A stretch of DNA of 64,000 bases, taken from contig JAWLHK010000001.1 in the NCBI GenBank assembly GCA_041690355.1, positions 1 to 64,000 on the forward strand, in the 5' to 3' direction. The DNA is from a bacterium. Its GTDB lineage: Bacteria > J088 > JAWLBW01. This document shows, in pieces, positions 48,493-57,860 of this stretch (the first letter of the stretch is position 1; the number at the start of each line of letters is the position of its first letter). The notes under the pieces were generated by a model. It ran no database searches. It saw only the letters and a program-made list of their open reading frames with translations, and was not told the origin of the DNA. Made by a program: the position numbers and the translations under genes.

Positions 48493-49352
48493 TGCTTGAC
48501 TCTCCCGGCTACGGTTACGCGGCCGTCGGCCTCGATGACCAGCGGATTTCCCGACGGGTCGACGGGAACGGCCGAGAAAAAGCCGGCGCGTACGAGGTCG
48601 TCCATCTCGCCGGGACGCTTCCCAAAACGTTCCGCATACAGCGCCGCGACCCTTTCGACCGCCTGAATCGCCTCGAGCGTCACAATCTCTTTCTCCACCT
48701 CTTGGCGCACCTTATCGGGCAGCTGCAAGGCGAGCAGTTCGCGCAGCGTCTCGAGCGCGTCGGCCGTGCTGTCTTCCTGGCGCAGCAGCTTGGCTCCCAG
48801 GAGCGGAACGAAGGCCGGCGCGCGAGGCAGCCGGCCCGCGCGCAGAAAGAACTGCGCGGCCACCCTGGGGTCTTCCAGAAAGCGGTAGTGAATGAAACCG
48901 TAGTAAAACGGATATTCCCAGACCTCGGGAAACTGCACCATCGCCGCTTCGAGAAACGGGAGCGCGGCATGCGGCGCGCCGGCATACCAGATGAGCACGA
49001 GCGCGGCGAACGAATACGGATCGGAGAAGTCGGGGTCCATGCGGATGATCATGCGGGCCTGGCGCTGCAGGTACAGGATGTCGGCCGAACCCACAAGCTG
49101 CCCCTTGGTCTCCTGGGTCATGATTTTTCCGCCGTACCAGGTCAGCAGCTGCAGCCAGAGCGCCGCGCTGATCCCGCGCTTGTGCCCGAAGGTGACGTAC
49201 TCGAGAATGGGGGGCGGCGGCGACCCCTGCAGTTTTTCGATGTTTCGCGCGCGCAGCGCCGGCTCGCTCCACGCGATGAGGCTCATGGCGCAGGCCATGA
49301 CGACGAGCAAAAGCCCGGCGACTAGAGGTCTTTGCGACGGAAGAGCACGCAT
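48489..49352 (-). CDS. PilG(Myxococcus)/Xap-like pilin-associated TPR-like protein
   Basis: N-terminal TM; WLQLL, DPDF..Y, WEYPFYYGF..Y, DPSG; follows the ABC pair. Confidence 0.7.
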   Translation of the reverse strand: MRALPSQRPLVAGLLLVVMACAMSLIAWSEPALRARNIEKLQGSPPPPILEYVTFGHKRGISAALWLQLLTWYGGKIMTQETKGQLVGSADILYLQRQARMIIRMDPDFSDPYSFAALVLIWYAGAPHAALPFLEAAMVQFPEVWEYPFYYGFIHYRFLEDPRVAAQFFLRAGRLPRAPAFVPLLGAKLLRQEDSTADALETLRELLALQLPDKVRQEVEKEIVTLEAIQAVERVAALYAERFGKRPGEMDDLVRAGFFSAVPVDPSGNPLVIEADGRVTVAGRVKH

Positions 49353-50080
49353 GCGAGGGCGAAGGAAAGAGCCGCATAGCTGGCGGCATAGACGAGCGCG
49401 GTTCCGAATTCCGCAATTCCGAGCGTATCGGCATAGAGCGCGTGCTGAAAGTCCACCAGCTTCAGGTTGGGAATCAGGTAGTAGACAAACTGCACGACGC
49501 TGCCCAGCGAGCCCCCTGCCGAGTCAGCGAGCAGGAGGATCTCTTCGGCACCGTTGCCGACGAGGTAGAGCCCGAGCGTGAAGAGCGAAGTCGTCAGCGC
49601 ATTCGAGGCGAGCTGGGCGAACAGGAAGGCAAAGCCGAGGAGAATGAGGTTCTTGAGCAGAACGGTCGGCACCAGCCAGAGCACCTGCCAGCGCCAGGCG
49701 TAAAGGTGCGTGAGCAGGCGGTCGCCGAGCAGAATGATGAAGGCCCCGATACCGGCGAGCACGACGATGGTCGCGAGCAGCCCCAGCGCCTTGCCCGACA
49801 GGTACCCGACGCGACCGATGGGGAGCGTGAGGTGGTTGTAGAGAATCCGCCGCTCCCGTTCCCGGTAGACGTTGTTGACCGCGTAAATGGCCGTCTGTAC
49901 GCAGAGCAGGATGTCGACCGACATCCAGCCGAGCCGTTCGACGACGTAATTCTCGAGCCCCCACGGGGTCGAGCCGGCCACCACGAAAATGGCGGTCAGC
50001 AGGCTCATGGCGACGAGAAAACCGAGGTAGATGCGGTCGCGCAGGCTTTCGCGAAAGGTATACCATGCCAGCGGAAACAT
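49322..50080 (-). CDS. ABC transporter permease (PilI-like)
   Basis: TFRESLRDR, ERERRILY, YLSGK, YYLIPNL, FRRKDL. Confidence 0.88.
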   Translation of the reverse strand: MFPLAWYTFRESLRDRIYLGFLVAMSLLTAIFVVAGSTPWGLENYVVERLGWMSVDILLCVQTAIYAVNNVYRERERRILYNHLTLPIGRVGYLSGKALGLLATIVVLAGIGAFIILLGDRLLTHLYAWRWQVLWLVPTVLLKNLILLGFAFLFAQLASNALTTSLFTLGLYLVGNGAEEILLLADSAGGSLGSVVQFVYYLIPNLKLVDFQHALYADTLGIAEFGTALVYAASYAALSFALACVLFRRKDL

Positions 50081-50976
50081 CAGGCCTCGATGGCTTGAAA
50101 GAAAGAGGACTCGAGCGAAATGCTTCCGGGGGCGTACTCGAGGATGGCGAATCCCTCGCTGCGCAGCCGGTCGAGCAGCGGGAGCAGCGTATCGGGAGCG
50201 CCCGTCTGCACCCAGGTGTCGGGGCCGAGCTGCTTCGCGCCGGCAATCCAGTCGGGAAGCGCACCCGCGCGCGAGAACACGAGCCGGTAGTCCTTATTCA
50301 GACCGCCGAACGCCGATTTCTCGCCCTCATAGACCAGGTTCCCACGGTTGATGATGACGAGCCGATCGCAGAGCTCATCGATGTCGTGCAGCAGATGCGA
50401 CGAAAAGCAGATGGTCTTGCCGGCGGCGTGTTCGCGCGCAAGCAGATCGATGACGAACCGGCGGCCGATCGGATCGAGACCCGACATCGGCTCGTCCAGA
50501 ATGAGCAGCTGTGGATCGTGCACGAGCGCCGCGGCCAGCGCCAGGCGCTGCACCATCCCTTTGGAGAACTGGCGCACCGTCTTGCGGGTGTGCGCCGCAA
50601 GCCCCACCTCTTCGAGAAGCGCGTCGATACGCTGCCGGCGGCGGGCGCGCGGGAGCCCCTGGGCCCGGGCGTGGTAGTCGAGAATTTCGCGCGGCTTGAG
50701 GGAATCTGAAAAAGCAACGTTTTCCGCCACATAGCCGATGCGGCGGAACACGGCCGGCGAACCGGGCGCCTGACCGAAGATCGAAAGGGTGCCCGCCGTC
50801 GGCGCAATCAGGCCGAGCAGCATCTTGATGGAGGTGCTTTTGCCCGAACCGTTGGGCCCGACGAGCCCCAGCAGGGCCCCCTCGGGGATACCGAAGGAAA
50901 CGGCATTGACGGCCGTATGGGTGCGTCCGATGCCAGTCCGATAAATTTTGGAGACGGAGGATAACTGGGCGAGCAT
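50080..50976 (-). CDS. ABC transporter ATP-binding protein (PilH-like)
   Basis: GPNGSGKST, FSKGMVQR, ILDEPMSGLDPIGR. Confidence 0.93.
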   Translation of the reverse strand: MLAQLSSVSKIYRTGIGRTHTAVNAVSFGIPEGALLGLVGPNGSGKSTSIKMLLGLIAPTAGTLSIFGQAPGSPAVFRRIGYVAENVAFSDSLKPREILDYHARAQGLPRARRRQRIDALLEEVGLAAHTRKTVRQFSKGMVQRLALAAALVHDPQLLILDEPMSGLDPIGRRFVIDLLAREHAAGKTICFSSHLLHDIDELCDRLVIINRGNLVYEGEKSAFGGLNKDYRLVFSRAGALPDWIAGAKQLGPDTWVQTGAPDTLLPLLDRLRSEGFAILEYAPGSISLESSFFQAIEA

Positions 50977-51022
50977 TAATGGCGAGTCAGCTGAAATACC
51001 AAGGACTTCAGCATTTTACCTG

Positions 51023-51586
51023 CTAAAAAATGGTTTCGCCAGAAGTGGGCGGTACGCCCCGGATTTCGCTGTTATCGTCGTTCAGGTAGAAGGATCCGAA
51101 CAGGGTGTTGCCGTCCAGATCGCCGGTCGCGGCAATCGTAATGTCGATTCCCGAAGTCGCCGCCAGCCCGCCCTGCGCCTCGCCCGAAGCGTCGATCGTC
51201 GTATCGGCGTTGTAGGCCGACGCGCCGTTGGTGGTCAGCGCCGCAGAACCGATGGCGTACTGGTAATAAACGGTGCCCGAAGGAGAAAAGCCCAGAAAGG
51301 TGAAGCCGTGGGTCGACGTCGCGTCCCAGCTCTTGCGCTTCGGGCCGGGGGTGCCGGTCGGTACGGCCGAACTGCCGACGAAGACGCCGTACTTGGCGGC
51401 GAAAGCCTCTTCGGCGATGCGGATGGCGCCCAGGTTCCGGGGGGCTTCCGAAGTCTTGGATTTGAGCTGATAGCGGAGGAACTGGGGGATGGCGATGGCA
51501 GCCAGAATCCCGATGATCACGACCACGATCATAAGCTCGATGAGCGTGAACCCCCCCTGCCGGCGGTAAATCTTTCTTGCATCCAT
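51023..51586 (-). CDS. pilA: Type IVa pilin, paralog 2
   Basis: GG-FTLIELMIVVVIIGILAAIAIP; GGAGG SD. Confidence 0.92.
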   Translation of the reverse strand: MDARKIYRRQGGFTLIELMIVVVIIGILAAIAIPQFLRYQLKSKTSEAPRNLGAIRIAEEAFAAKYGVFVGSSAVPTGTPGPKRKSWDATSTHGFTFLGFSPSGTVYYQYAIGSAALTTNGASAYNADTTIDASGEAQGGLAATSGIDITIAATGDLDGNTLFGSFYLNDDNSEIRGVPPTSGETIF

Positions 51587-51606
51587 GCGCGCCTCCCTCG
51601 TTCCTG

Positions 51607-51637
51607 AAAAGAGGGGGGCCGGATAGACCGGCCCCCC
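51607..51637 (-). terminator. Intrinsic terminator between the two pilA genes
   Basis: Minus strand GGGGGGCCGG-tctat-CCGGCCCCCC-TCTTTT. Confidence 0.85.
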
Positions 51638-51654
51638 GTCAGGCTGAACAGATC

Positions 51655-52200
51655 TTAGAAGATCGTTTCGCCGGCAACCGGCGGAACGCCGACGATCTTG
51701 GTGTCGGTGTTCGTCTGGTAGAACGTGCCGAAGGTGCCGTCGCCGTCGACGTCGCCCTGGCCGGCGATGAAGATGCCGCCGCCGAGGGTCTGCGTGTCCT
51801 GCGGTTCACCCGTGGCGTCGAACGTGGTGTTCGTCGTCCAGGCCAGCTGGACGGTCGTGGGGACGGCCGTGCCCACGCCGTAGACGTAGTACACGGTGCC
51901 CGACGGCGCGAAGCCGAGGGTGTCGAAACCGCTGGTCGAGTCAACGCCCCAGCTCTGCTTCTTGGCGTTGGCGGCGGCGCCCGGACGGGCAGCTGCCTGG
52001 GCGAACGCGCCGTACTTGGCCGAGAAGGCTTCTTCGTTGGTGCGGATGGCGCCCAGGTTGCGCGGGGCTTCCGAAGTCTTCGACTTCAGCTGGTAGCGCA
52101 GGAACTGGGGAATGGCGATGGCCGCCAGGATGCCGATGATCACGACGACGATCATCAGCTCGATGAGGGTAAAGCCCTCTTTTTTCTTGAGCAGGTTCAT
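51655..52200 (-). CDS. pilA: Type IVa major pilin, paralog 1
   Basis: EG-FTLIELMIVVVIIGILAAIAIP; GAGGAG SD; directly after the sigma-54 promoter. Confidence 0.95.
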   Translation of the reverse strand: MNLLKKKEGFTLIELMIVVVIIGILAAIAIPQFLRYQLKSKTSEAPRNLGAIRTNEEAFSAKYGAFAQAAARPGAAANAKKQSWGVDSTSGFDTLGFAPSGTVYYVYGVGTAVPTTVQLAWTTNTTFDATGEPQDTQTLGGGIFIAGQGDVDGDGTFGTFYQTNTDTKIVGVPPVAGETIF

Positions 52201-52252
52201 AAAATTCGCTCTCCTCTGGAAGAGTCAGGGGTTAGTTTCCGACCTCTCTTCA

Positions 52253-52269
52253 AGCAAAACTGATGCCAA
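52253..52269 (-). promoter_or_regulatory. Sigma-54 (-24/-12) promoter of pilA
   Basis: TTGGCATCAGTTTTGCT: GG-N10-GC. Confidence 0.9.
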
Positions 52270-52310
52270 AGAGAAGTGGCTGGTTTCACTACGCTTTCGA
52301 TCGTGAAAGG

Positions 52311-52356
52311 TGACAAATATCGCGCATGGCGCCCCGCTGGCTGACAATTTTCGTCA
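52311..52356. promoter_or_regulatory. Putative PilR enhancer sites
   Basis: TGACAAATATCGCGC (52311) and dyad TGAC-N7-GTCA (52342), 31 bp apart, upstream of the sigma-54 box. Confidence 0.6.
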
Positions 52357-52357
52357 C

Positions 52358-53542
52358 TCAGCCGGCCAGCGAGAAGATCGGCATGTACATGGCGATGAGC
52401 AGGCCGCCGACGATGCCGCCCATGAACACCATCATGGCCGGCTCGATGGCCGAGGTGATGGCCGCCACGGCCGCTTCGACTTCTTCTTCGTAAAACGCGG
52501 CAATCTTGTTGAGCATCGAGTCCATGGCGCCGGTCTGTTCGCCGACCTCGATCATCTGCACGACCATCGAGGGAAACACGACGCTCGCCTTGAGCGGCTC
52601 GGTCATCGGCTTACCCTCGCCGATGGCGGTCTTGACCGTCAGGAGCTCCCTCTCGATGACCATGTTGCCGGCCACCGAGGCGACGATGTCGAGGGCGTCC
52701 ATGATCGGCACGCCGGCGCCGAGCAGCGTACCCATCGTCTGCGTAAAGCGGGCCACGGCGCTCTTCTTGATGAGGTCGCCGAAGAGCGGCACCTTCAGCA
52801 TCATCTGGTCCCACCGGAAGTGGAACTCCTTGTTCTTCAGGGCCTGCTTGAGCAGGACGACGACGGCGGCGATGGTGCCGATCATGTAGAGAATGTTCGC
52901 CTGCAGCCACTTCGAGATATCGATGACGAACTGGGTCGGCGCCGGCAGTTCGCGGCCGAAGTCGGCGAACATCTTCTCGAAGGTCGGGATGACGAAGAGC
53001 AAGAGAATGGAGATGGCGCCGATGGCGACGACGAGGGTGATGACCGGATAGGTCAGCGCCCCCTTCACTTCACGGCGCAGCTTGTCGGCTTTTTCCAGGT
53101 AGACGGCCAGTCGGCTGAGCACGTTATCGAGAAGACCGCCGACTTCACCGGCCTGCACCAGGTTGCAGTAGAGGTTGTCGAAAATCTTCGGGTGGCGCCG
53201 CAGCGAGTCGGCGAACGTGGCGCCGGTTTCGACCGAGCCTTTGATATCCAGGATGGCGGCCTTGAAGGTCGGGTTCGGCTGCTGGGCGCCCAGAATCTCG
53301 AGACACTGCACGATGGGGAGACCGGCGTCGATCATCGTCACGAACTGACGCGTGAAGACCACGAGCTCCTTGAGGGGAACCCCCTTGCTGCCTTTGCTCT
53401 TTTCTTTCTTGGCCTTGATGGCAGAGGCGGTAATCTGCTTGGCGCGCAGCATCTGCTCGGCGGTCGCCTGATTCGGCGCCTCGATGACGCCGGAGGCAGC
53501 CTGCCCGCTGCGGTTTACGCCTTTCCACTCGAACATCGGCAT
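52358..53542 (-). CDS. pilC: Type IV pilus platform protein
   Basis: FTRQFVTMIDAGLP, AGEVGGLLD, GEQTGAMDSML, IAMYMPIF. Confidence 0.96.
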   Translation of the reverse strand: MPMFEWKGVNRSGQAASGVIEAPNQATAEQMLRAKQITASAIKAKKEKSKGSKGVPLKELVVFTRQFVTMIDAGLPIVQCLEILGAQQPNPTFKAAILDIKGSVETGATFADSLRRHPKIFDNLYCNLVQAGEVGGLLDNVLSRLAVYLEKADKLRREVKGALTYPVITLVVAIGAISILLLFVIPTFEKMFADFGRELPAPTQFVIDISKWLQANILYMIGTIAAVVVLLKQALKNKEFHFRWDQMMLKVPLFGDLIKKSAVARFTQTMGTLLGAGVPIMDALDIVASVAGNMVIERELLTVKTAIGEGKPMTEPLKASVVFPSMVVQMIEVGEQTGAMDSMLNKIAAFYEEEVEAAVAAITSAIEPAMMVFMGGIVGGLLIAMYMPIFSLAG

Positions 53543-53584
53543 AGAGTTATCCCCTGGGTAGGTCTCTAGCTAAGAAGCCAACAT

Positions 53585-53621
53585 ATCATAGAGCAAGCGC
53601 CCGAGGAATGTCAAACCTCGG
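53585..53621 (-). promoter_or_regulatory. Sigma-70-type promoter of pilC with an inverted repeat around -35
   Basis: TTGACA-N18-TATGAT; CCGAGG-N9-CCTCGG at 53601-53621. Confidence 0.65.
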
Positions 53622-53740
53622 AAATGGACAAAACCGAAGAATTCAGAAGTGATAGCTTCGAAACCGAACATTGGACTTGAATTCGACGGCGGGCGGCGGC
53701 CGCCTTGCGTCCGGCAGATTCGAACAGGTATCGTCTCAGC

Positions 53741-55174
53741 ATGCGTTTGCGCACGCGATGGTTTACGGGACTCCGGCTGCGTCTATTTCTGACGTTCGGC
53801 CTGCTGAGCCTGCTCTTCAACGGCTTTCTATTTCTCGTTTTTCTCAATACCGAGAAGGCCATGTTGACGCACCAGCTCGAAAGCGAAGTGCGGGTGCGGC
53901 TCGCGGCCGTCTTCGCAGCCGAACCCCGCCCCGATTATCCGAGCCTGGGCCTGAATCGTCCGGGCCGTCTTGCCTGGGGTCCGGCCGGTACTCCGGCGCA
54001 CGCGTGGAAAGTGGGAGACGTAGAAGATCGCGCTCTCGTCGAAGCGCCGCGCTGGTTCGGCCCCGCGCCGGTCGAGCTGCAGCTGGCGGGCACGCAGGAT
54101 GGACGCCCGTGGCGCCTCGCCGTCGGGATGCAGCGCGAAGCGAGCGTTCTGCACAACAGCGCCCGGGTCATGGCTTTCTACGTCTTTCTCAACACCGCCG
54201 TGCTGCTGGGCGCCGTCTTCTTCTGGGTCACGCGCCTCGTCATCCGGCGCATCGATACGCTGGGGGGCGCAATGACGGCGGTTCACTCGGCGAGCCAGTT
54301 CAAACCCCTCCCGCCGTCGGCCGGTGACGAGATCGGTCAGCTCACGGCCTCCTTCAATGAGCTCATGGAGCGCCTGCGCAGCCTCGAGAGGCGCAACATC
54401 GAGGCATGGGAGACGGCGGTCACCGCCTACCACCGGCTCGAAGACGCGCAGAATCAGCTCGTCGTCACCGAAAAGGTGGCCTCGCTTGGCCGGCTGTCGG
54501 CCAATCTGGCCCACGAGATCGGCAATCCGCTCAGCGCCGTGCTCGGGTATCTCCGGCTCCTGAAGGGTGAAGACGCCGACCACGAAGAGATCCGCCGGCG
54601 CTGCCTGGCCGAAGCCGAGCGCATCGACGGCATCATCCGCAACCTGCTCAGTTTCGCCCCGCGCGGCGATCGTTCCGAAGAGGTCAGCACCGTCGCCGAG
54701 CTGGTCGAAGGCGTCGCCGAACGGATGCGGGGGCTGCCGCGCTTCAGCCACGTGCGTTTCTCGCTGGCCCCGATGGATCCGGCCTGGCAGATCCCGAGCG
54801 GTAACGGCGCCGTTGAGCAGGTGCTCGTCAATCTCTGCATCAACGCCGCTGACGCGATGCAGGGCCAGGGCGAAATCCGCCTGGAGGTCGAGGCCGACGA
54901 CGAGCGGATCCGGATCCTCGTCGCAAATGACGGCCCGGGCATCCCGCCCGAAGACCGCACGCGCATCTTCGAACCCTTCTATTCCACCAAGCCGGACGGC
55001 GAAGGGACGGGGCTCGGCCTCGCCATCTCGCACCAGATCGTGCAGACCCTGCACGGCGCGCTTTCGCTCGCAGGCGGCGAGCCGACCTGCTTCGTCGTCG
55101 AACTGCCGCGCAGAGATCGCGTGGTGACCGCCGATCCGGCGTCGCCGCCCGACGTCGCCCCGGCGCCGGCCTGA
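53741..55174 (+). CDS. HAMP-domain sensor histidine kinase (PilS2-like, no adjacent regulator)
   Basis: Two TM, DEIGQLTASFN, AHEIGNPL, GTGLGLAIS. Confidence 0.9.
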   Translation: MRLRTRWFTGLRLRLFLTFGLLSLLFNGFLFLVFLNTEKAMLTHQLESEVRVRLAAVFAAEPRPDYPSLGLNRPGRLAWGPAGTPAHAWKVGDVEDRALVEAPRWFGPAPVELQLAGTQDGRPWRLAVGMQREASVLHNSARVMAFYVFLNTAVLLGAVFFWVTRLVIRRIDTLGGAMTAVHSASQFKPLPPSAGDEIGQLTASFNELMERLRSLERRNIEAWETAVTAYHRLEDAQNQLVVTEKVASLGRLSANLAHEIGNPLSAVLGYLRLLKGEDADHEEIRRRCLAEAERIDGIIRNLLSFAPRGDRSEEVSTVAELVEGVAERMRGLPRFSHVRFSLAPMDPAWQIPSGNGAVEQVLVNLCINAADAMQGQGEIRLEVEADDERIRILVANDGPGIPPEDRTRIFEPFYSTKPDGEGTGLGLAISHQIVQTLHGALSLAGGEPTCFVVELPRRDRVVTADPASPPDVAPAPA

Positions 55175-55243
55175 AACGCCCCCGCCGCGCAGCGAAGGGG
55201 AGGCCCGCTCACGCGGCAGGCGTTTTTGGTATAGTGTAGGCGC

Positions 55244-56719
55244 ATGCGTATCTTCTTTCTGAATCCGCCGTTCAAGCCCGAGCACGGCAAGTTTTCGCGC
55301 GAGCAGCGCTCACCCGCCATCACCAAGAGCGGCACGCTGTACTATCCGATGTGGCTCGCCTACGGCACCGTCGTGGCCCAGGAAAAGGGGCATGACGTGT
55401 GCCTGCTCGACGCGCCGGCCAAGCGCCTGTCCTATGCCGAAGCTGAAAAGCGGGTGACGGATTTCAGACCCGACATCCTCGTCGTCGACACGGCCACGGC
55501 CAGCATCGCCAATGACATCGAGGTCGCCACCCGCCTGCGCGAGGCGACCGGCGCCTTCACCATGCTCGTGGGGCCGCACGTGAGCGCCCTGCACAAGGAG
55601 ACGCTTTCCGACGCGCCCGGGGTCGACGCTGTCGCGCGCCGGGAATATGAAGAGACGGTCGTGGATCTGGCGGCGGTGCTGCAGGCCAAAGGCCGTGCCG
55701 GACTCGGCACGGTGACCGGAATCACCTGGCGCGCCGAAGACGGTTCGCTCGTCGAGAACCCCGCCCGCGTTCCCGCGACCGAGCTCGACGACATCCCCTT
55801 CGTTTCGAAGGCCTACAAGGAGTTTCTCGACTACCGCGACTATTTCTACTCCCACAGCCGGCATCCCATCGTCACGCTCGTGACCCAGCGCGGATGTCCG
55901 TTCCACTGCACCTTCTGCGTCTATCCGCAGACCTTCGGCGGCTACAAGCTGCGCCAGCGCAGCGTGAAGAACGTGGTCGACGAGATGGAATGGTGCGTGA
56001 ACAACTTTCCCGGCCTTAAGGAGTTCATGTTCGAAGACGATACGCTCACGGTCGACAAGAAGCGCGCCGTGGCGTTCGCCCAGGAGATCATCAACCGCGG
56101 CCTCAAGGTGCAGTGGACGGCCAATTCGCGCGCCGACGTGGATCTGGAGACGATGCAGTGGCTCAAGAAATCGGGCGCGCGCCTCTTCTGCGTCGGTATC
56201 GAGAGCGGCAACCAGGCCGTGCTCGACGACATGAAGAAGCTGCTGAAAGTCGACAAGGTGCGCCAGTTCTTCAAGGACGCCAAAAAGGCGGGCATCATGA
56301 TTCACGGCTGCTTCATGGTCGGCAACAAGGGCGACACCAAAGAAACCCTCGAGCAGACGCTGGCGTTCGCCAAGGAGCTCAATCCCGACACGGCGCAGTT
56401 TTTTCCGCTCATGGTCTACCCGGGCACCGAAGCCTACAACTGGGCCCGCGAAAACGATTTTCTCGTCTCGCACAACTATGCAGACTGGGTGACGCCCGAA
56501 GGGCTCCACAATTCCGTGGTCAACCGGCCGGATCTATCCGCGCGCGAGCTGGTGGAATTCTGCGACCGGGCGCGCCGCGAGTTCTACGTGCGTCCCTCGT
56601 ACATCACGTCGAAGGCCGTCCAGGCGATCCGCGACCCGCAGGAGATCAAACGGCTGGCCAAAGGCGGTCTGTCGCTCGCCAGGCATCTCGTGTTCGGCAC
56701 CGACAAGCCTACTTCCTGA
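55244..56719 (+). CDS. B12-binding radical SAM protein (HpnJ-like)
   Basis: RGCPFHCTFC; FFLNPP/YPMWLAY N-terminus; GIESG; PGT. Confidence 0.92.
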   Translation: MRIFFLNPPFKPEHGKFSREQRSPAITKSGTLYYPMWLAYGTVVAQEKGHDVCLLDAPAKRLSYAEAEKRVTDFRPDILVVDTATASIANDIEVATRLREATGAFTMLVGPHVSALHKETLSDAPGVDAVARREYEETVVDLAAVLQAKGRAGLGTVTGITWRAEDGSLVENPARVPATELDDIPFVSKAYKEFLDYRDYFYSHSRHPIVTLVTQRGCPFHCTFCVYPQTFGGYKLRQRSVKNVVDEMEWCVNNFPGLKEFMFEDDTLTVDKKRAVAFAQEIINRGLKVQWTANSRADVDLETMQWLKKSGARLFCVGIESGNQAVLDDMKKLLKVDKVRQFFKDAKKAGIMIHGCFMVGNKGDTKETLEQTLAFAKELNPDTAQFFPLMVYPGTEAYNWARENDFLVSHNYADWVTPEGLHNSVVNRPDLSARELVEFCDRARREFYVRPSYITSKAVQAIRDPQEIKRLAKGGLSLARHLVFGTDKPTS

Positions 56720-56728
56720 GGGCCCCCG

Positions 56729-57859
56729 ATGGCCGTTGCGTTCTGGATCTCGATCGGTCTGCTCGCCTGGGCCTACCTGCTCTATCCGCTGCTGTGCGCC
56801 GTGCGGGCCCGCCTCGGGCCGCGGCGGATCGCCTCCGATTCCGGCTGGCGCCCGGCTTCCGTATCCGTCCTCGTTGCCGCCTACAACGAGGCGGAGAACA
56901 TCGAAGCACGTCTGCGGAACATCGTTGGGAACGCGGCCCCCTTCCCGCTCGAAGTTCTGGTCGGTTCTGACGGTTCGAGCGACGCAACGGCCGCCCGCGC
57001 CGCCGCCATGCCCGCGCCCGAGGGGATCTCCATCCGCGTCTTCGACTGGCCGCGCTCGGGCAAGTATCCGACGCTGCGCAAGCTGGTCAGCGAGGCCCGC
57101 GGCGAGGTGCTCGTCTTCACGGATGCGAACACGGCTTTCGGCGCTGGGGCGCTCGAGCGCATCGTGGCGCCTCTTGCGGATCCGTCTGTCGGCTGCGCGG
57201 CCGGCGCCAAGCGGGTTTCCGGCGGGAACGAGGATACGCGCGAAGGCGAGCGCGCCTACTGGACGCTGGAAAACCGGCTCAAGGCGTGGGAATCCGCCGT
57301 GGGGTCCTGCCCCGGGGCCGACGGCGCGCTCTACGCAGTGCGCCGTTCCGCTTTTCCCGATCTGGCGACCGAGCGGCTCGTCATGGACGACTTTCTGATC
57401 TCGCTGGGCGTCATCGCCTCCGGTAAGCGCTGCGTGTTCGTTCCCGAGGCCGTGGCCTGGGAACCGAGCGATACCGATCTCGGACGTGAACTGCGGCGCA
57501 AGGGGCGCATCCTCGCCGGCGCGCTCAATGTGCTTCTTCTGCGTCCGCGCCTGCTGCTCCCCGGCAGCGGGATCAGCCTCGCGCTCTGGAGCCACAAGGT
57601 GCTGCGCTGGTTCGGCTTCGTCCCGCTCGCCGTCATTGCGGTCGCGCTGTTTACGATGCTTCCGTGGCCCGCGGGCGCTTTCGTCACCGCGGTTTCCCTT
57701 GCCTCGGCTGCCGCCGGGCTTCTCCTTTCGCGCTGGAGCGCGCGGCTGAAGACCTTCGGCCTGCCGGGCTACTTCCTCCTCATCAATCTCGGACAGGCGC
57801 TCGGCCTGTTCTTCTGGCTGCGCGACAGCCGCCGTGCGACCTGGGAGAAGGTGCGCTGA
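56729..57859 (+). CDS. GT2 glycosyltransferase
   Basis: AAYNE, SDGSSD, FTDAN, DDF, SHKVLRW. Confidence 0.92.
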   Translation: MAVAFWISIGLLAWAYLLYPLLCAVRARLGPRRIASDSGWRPASVSVLVAAYNEAENIEARLRNIVGNAAPFPLEVLVGSDGSSDATAARAAAMPAPEGISIRVFDWPRSGKYPTLRKLVSEARGEVLVFTDANTAFGAGALERIVAPLADPSVGCAAGAKRVSGGNEDTREGERAYWTLENRLKAWESAVGSCPGADGALYAVRRSAFPDLATERLVMDDFLISLGVIASGKRCVFVPEAVAWEPSDTDLGRELRRKGRILAGALNVLLLRPRLLLPGSGISLALWSHKVLRWFGFVPLAVIAVALFTMLPWPAGAFVTAVSLASAAAGLLLSRWSARLKTFGLPGYFLLINLGQALGLFFWLRDSRRATWEKVR

Positions 57860-57860
57860 C

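Noticed and set aside
45883-48666. Long antisense ORFs (927 aa here; also 19300-21414, 15376-17418, 29983-31797)
   Set aside because: Shadow frames expected from high GC3 codon bias opposite well-supported genes; no recognisable motifs.
51023-52200. Neisseria-style silent pilin cassette/gene conversion
   Set aside because: Both genes have a full leader and SD, and the shared regions carry many synonymous differences, arguing against ongoing conversion.
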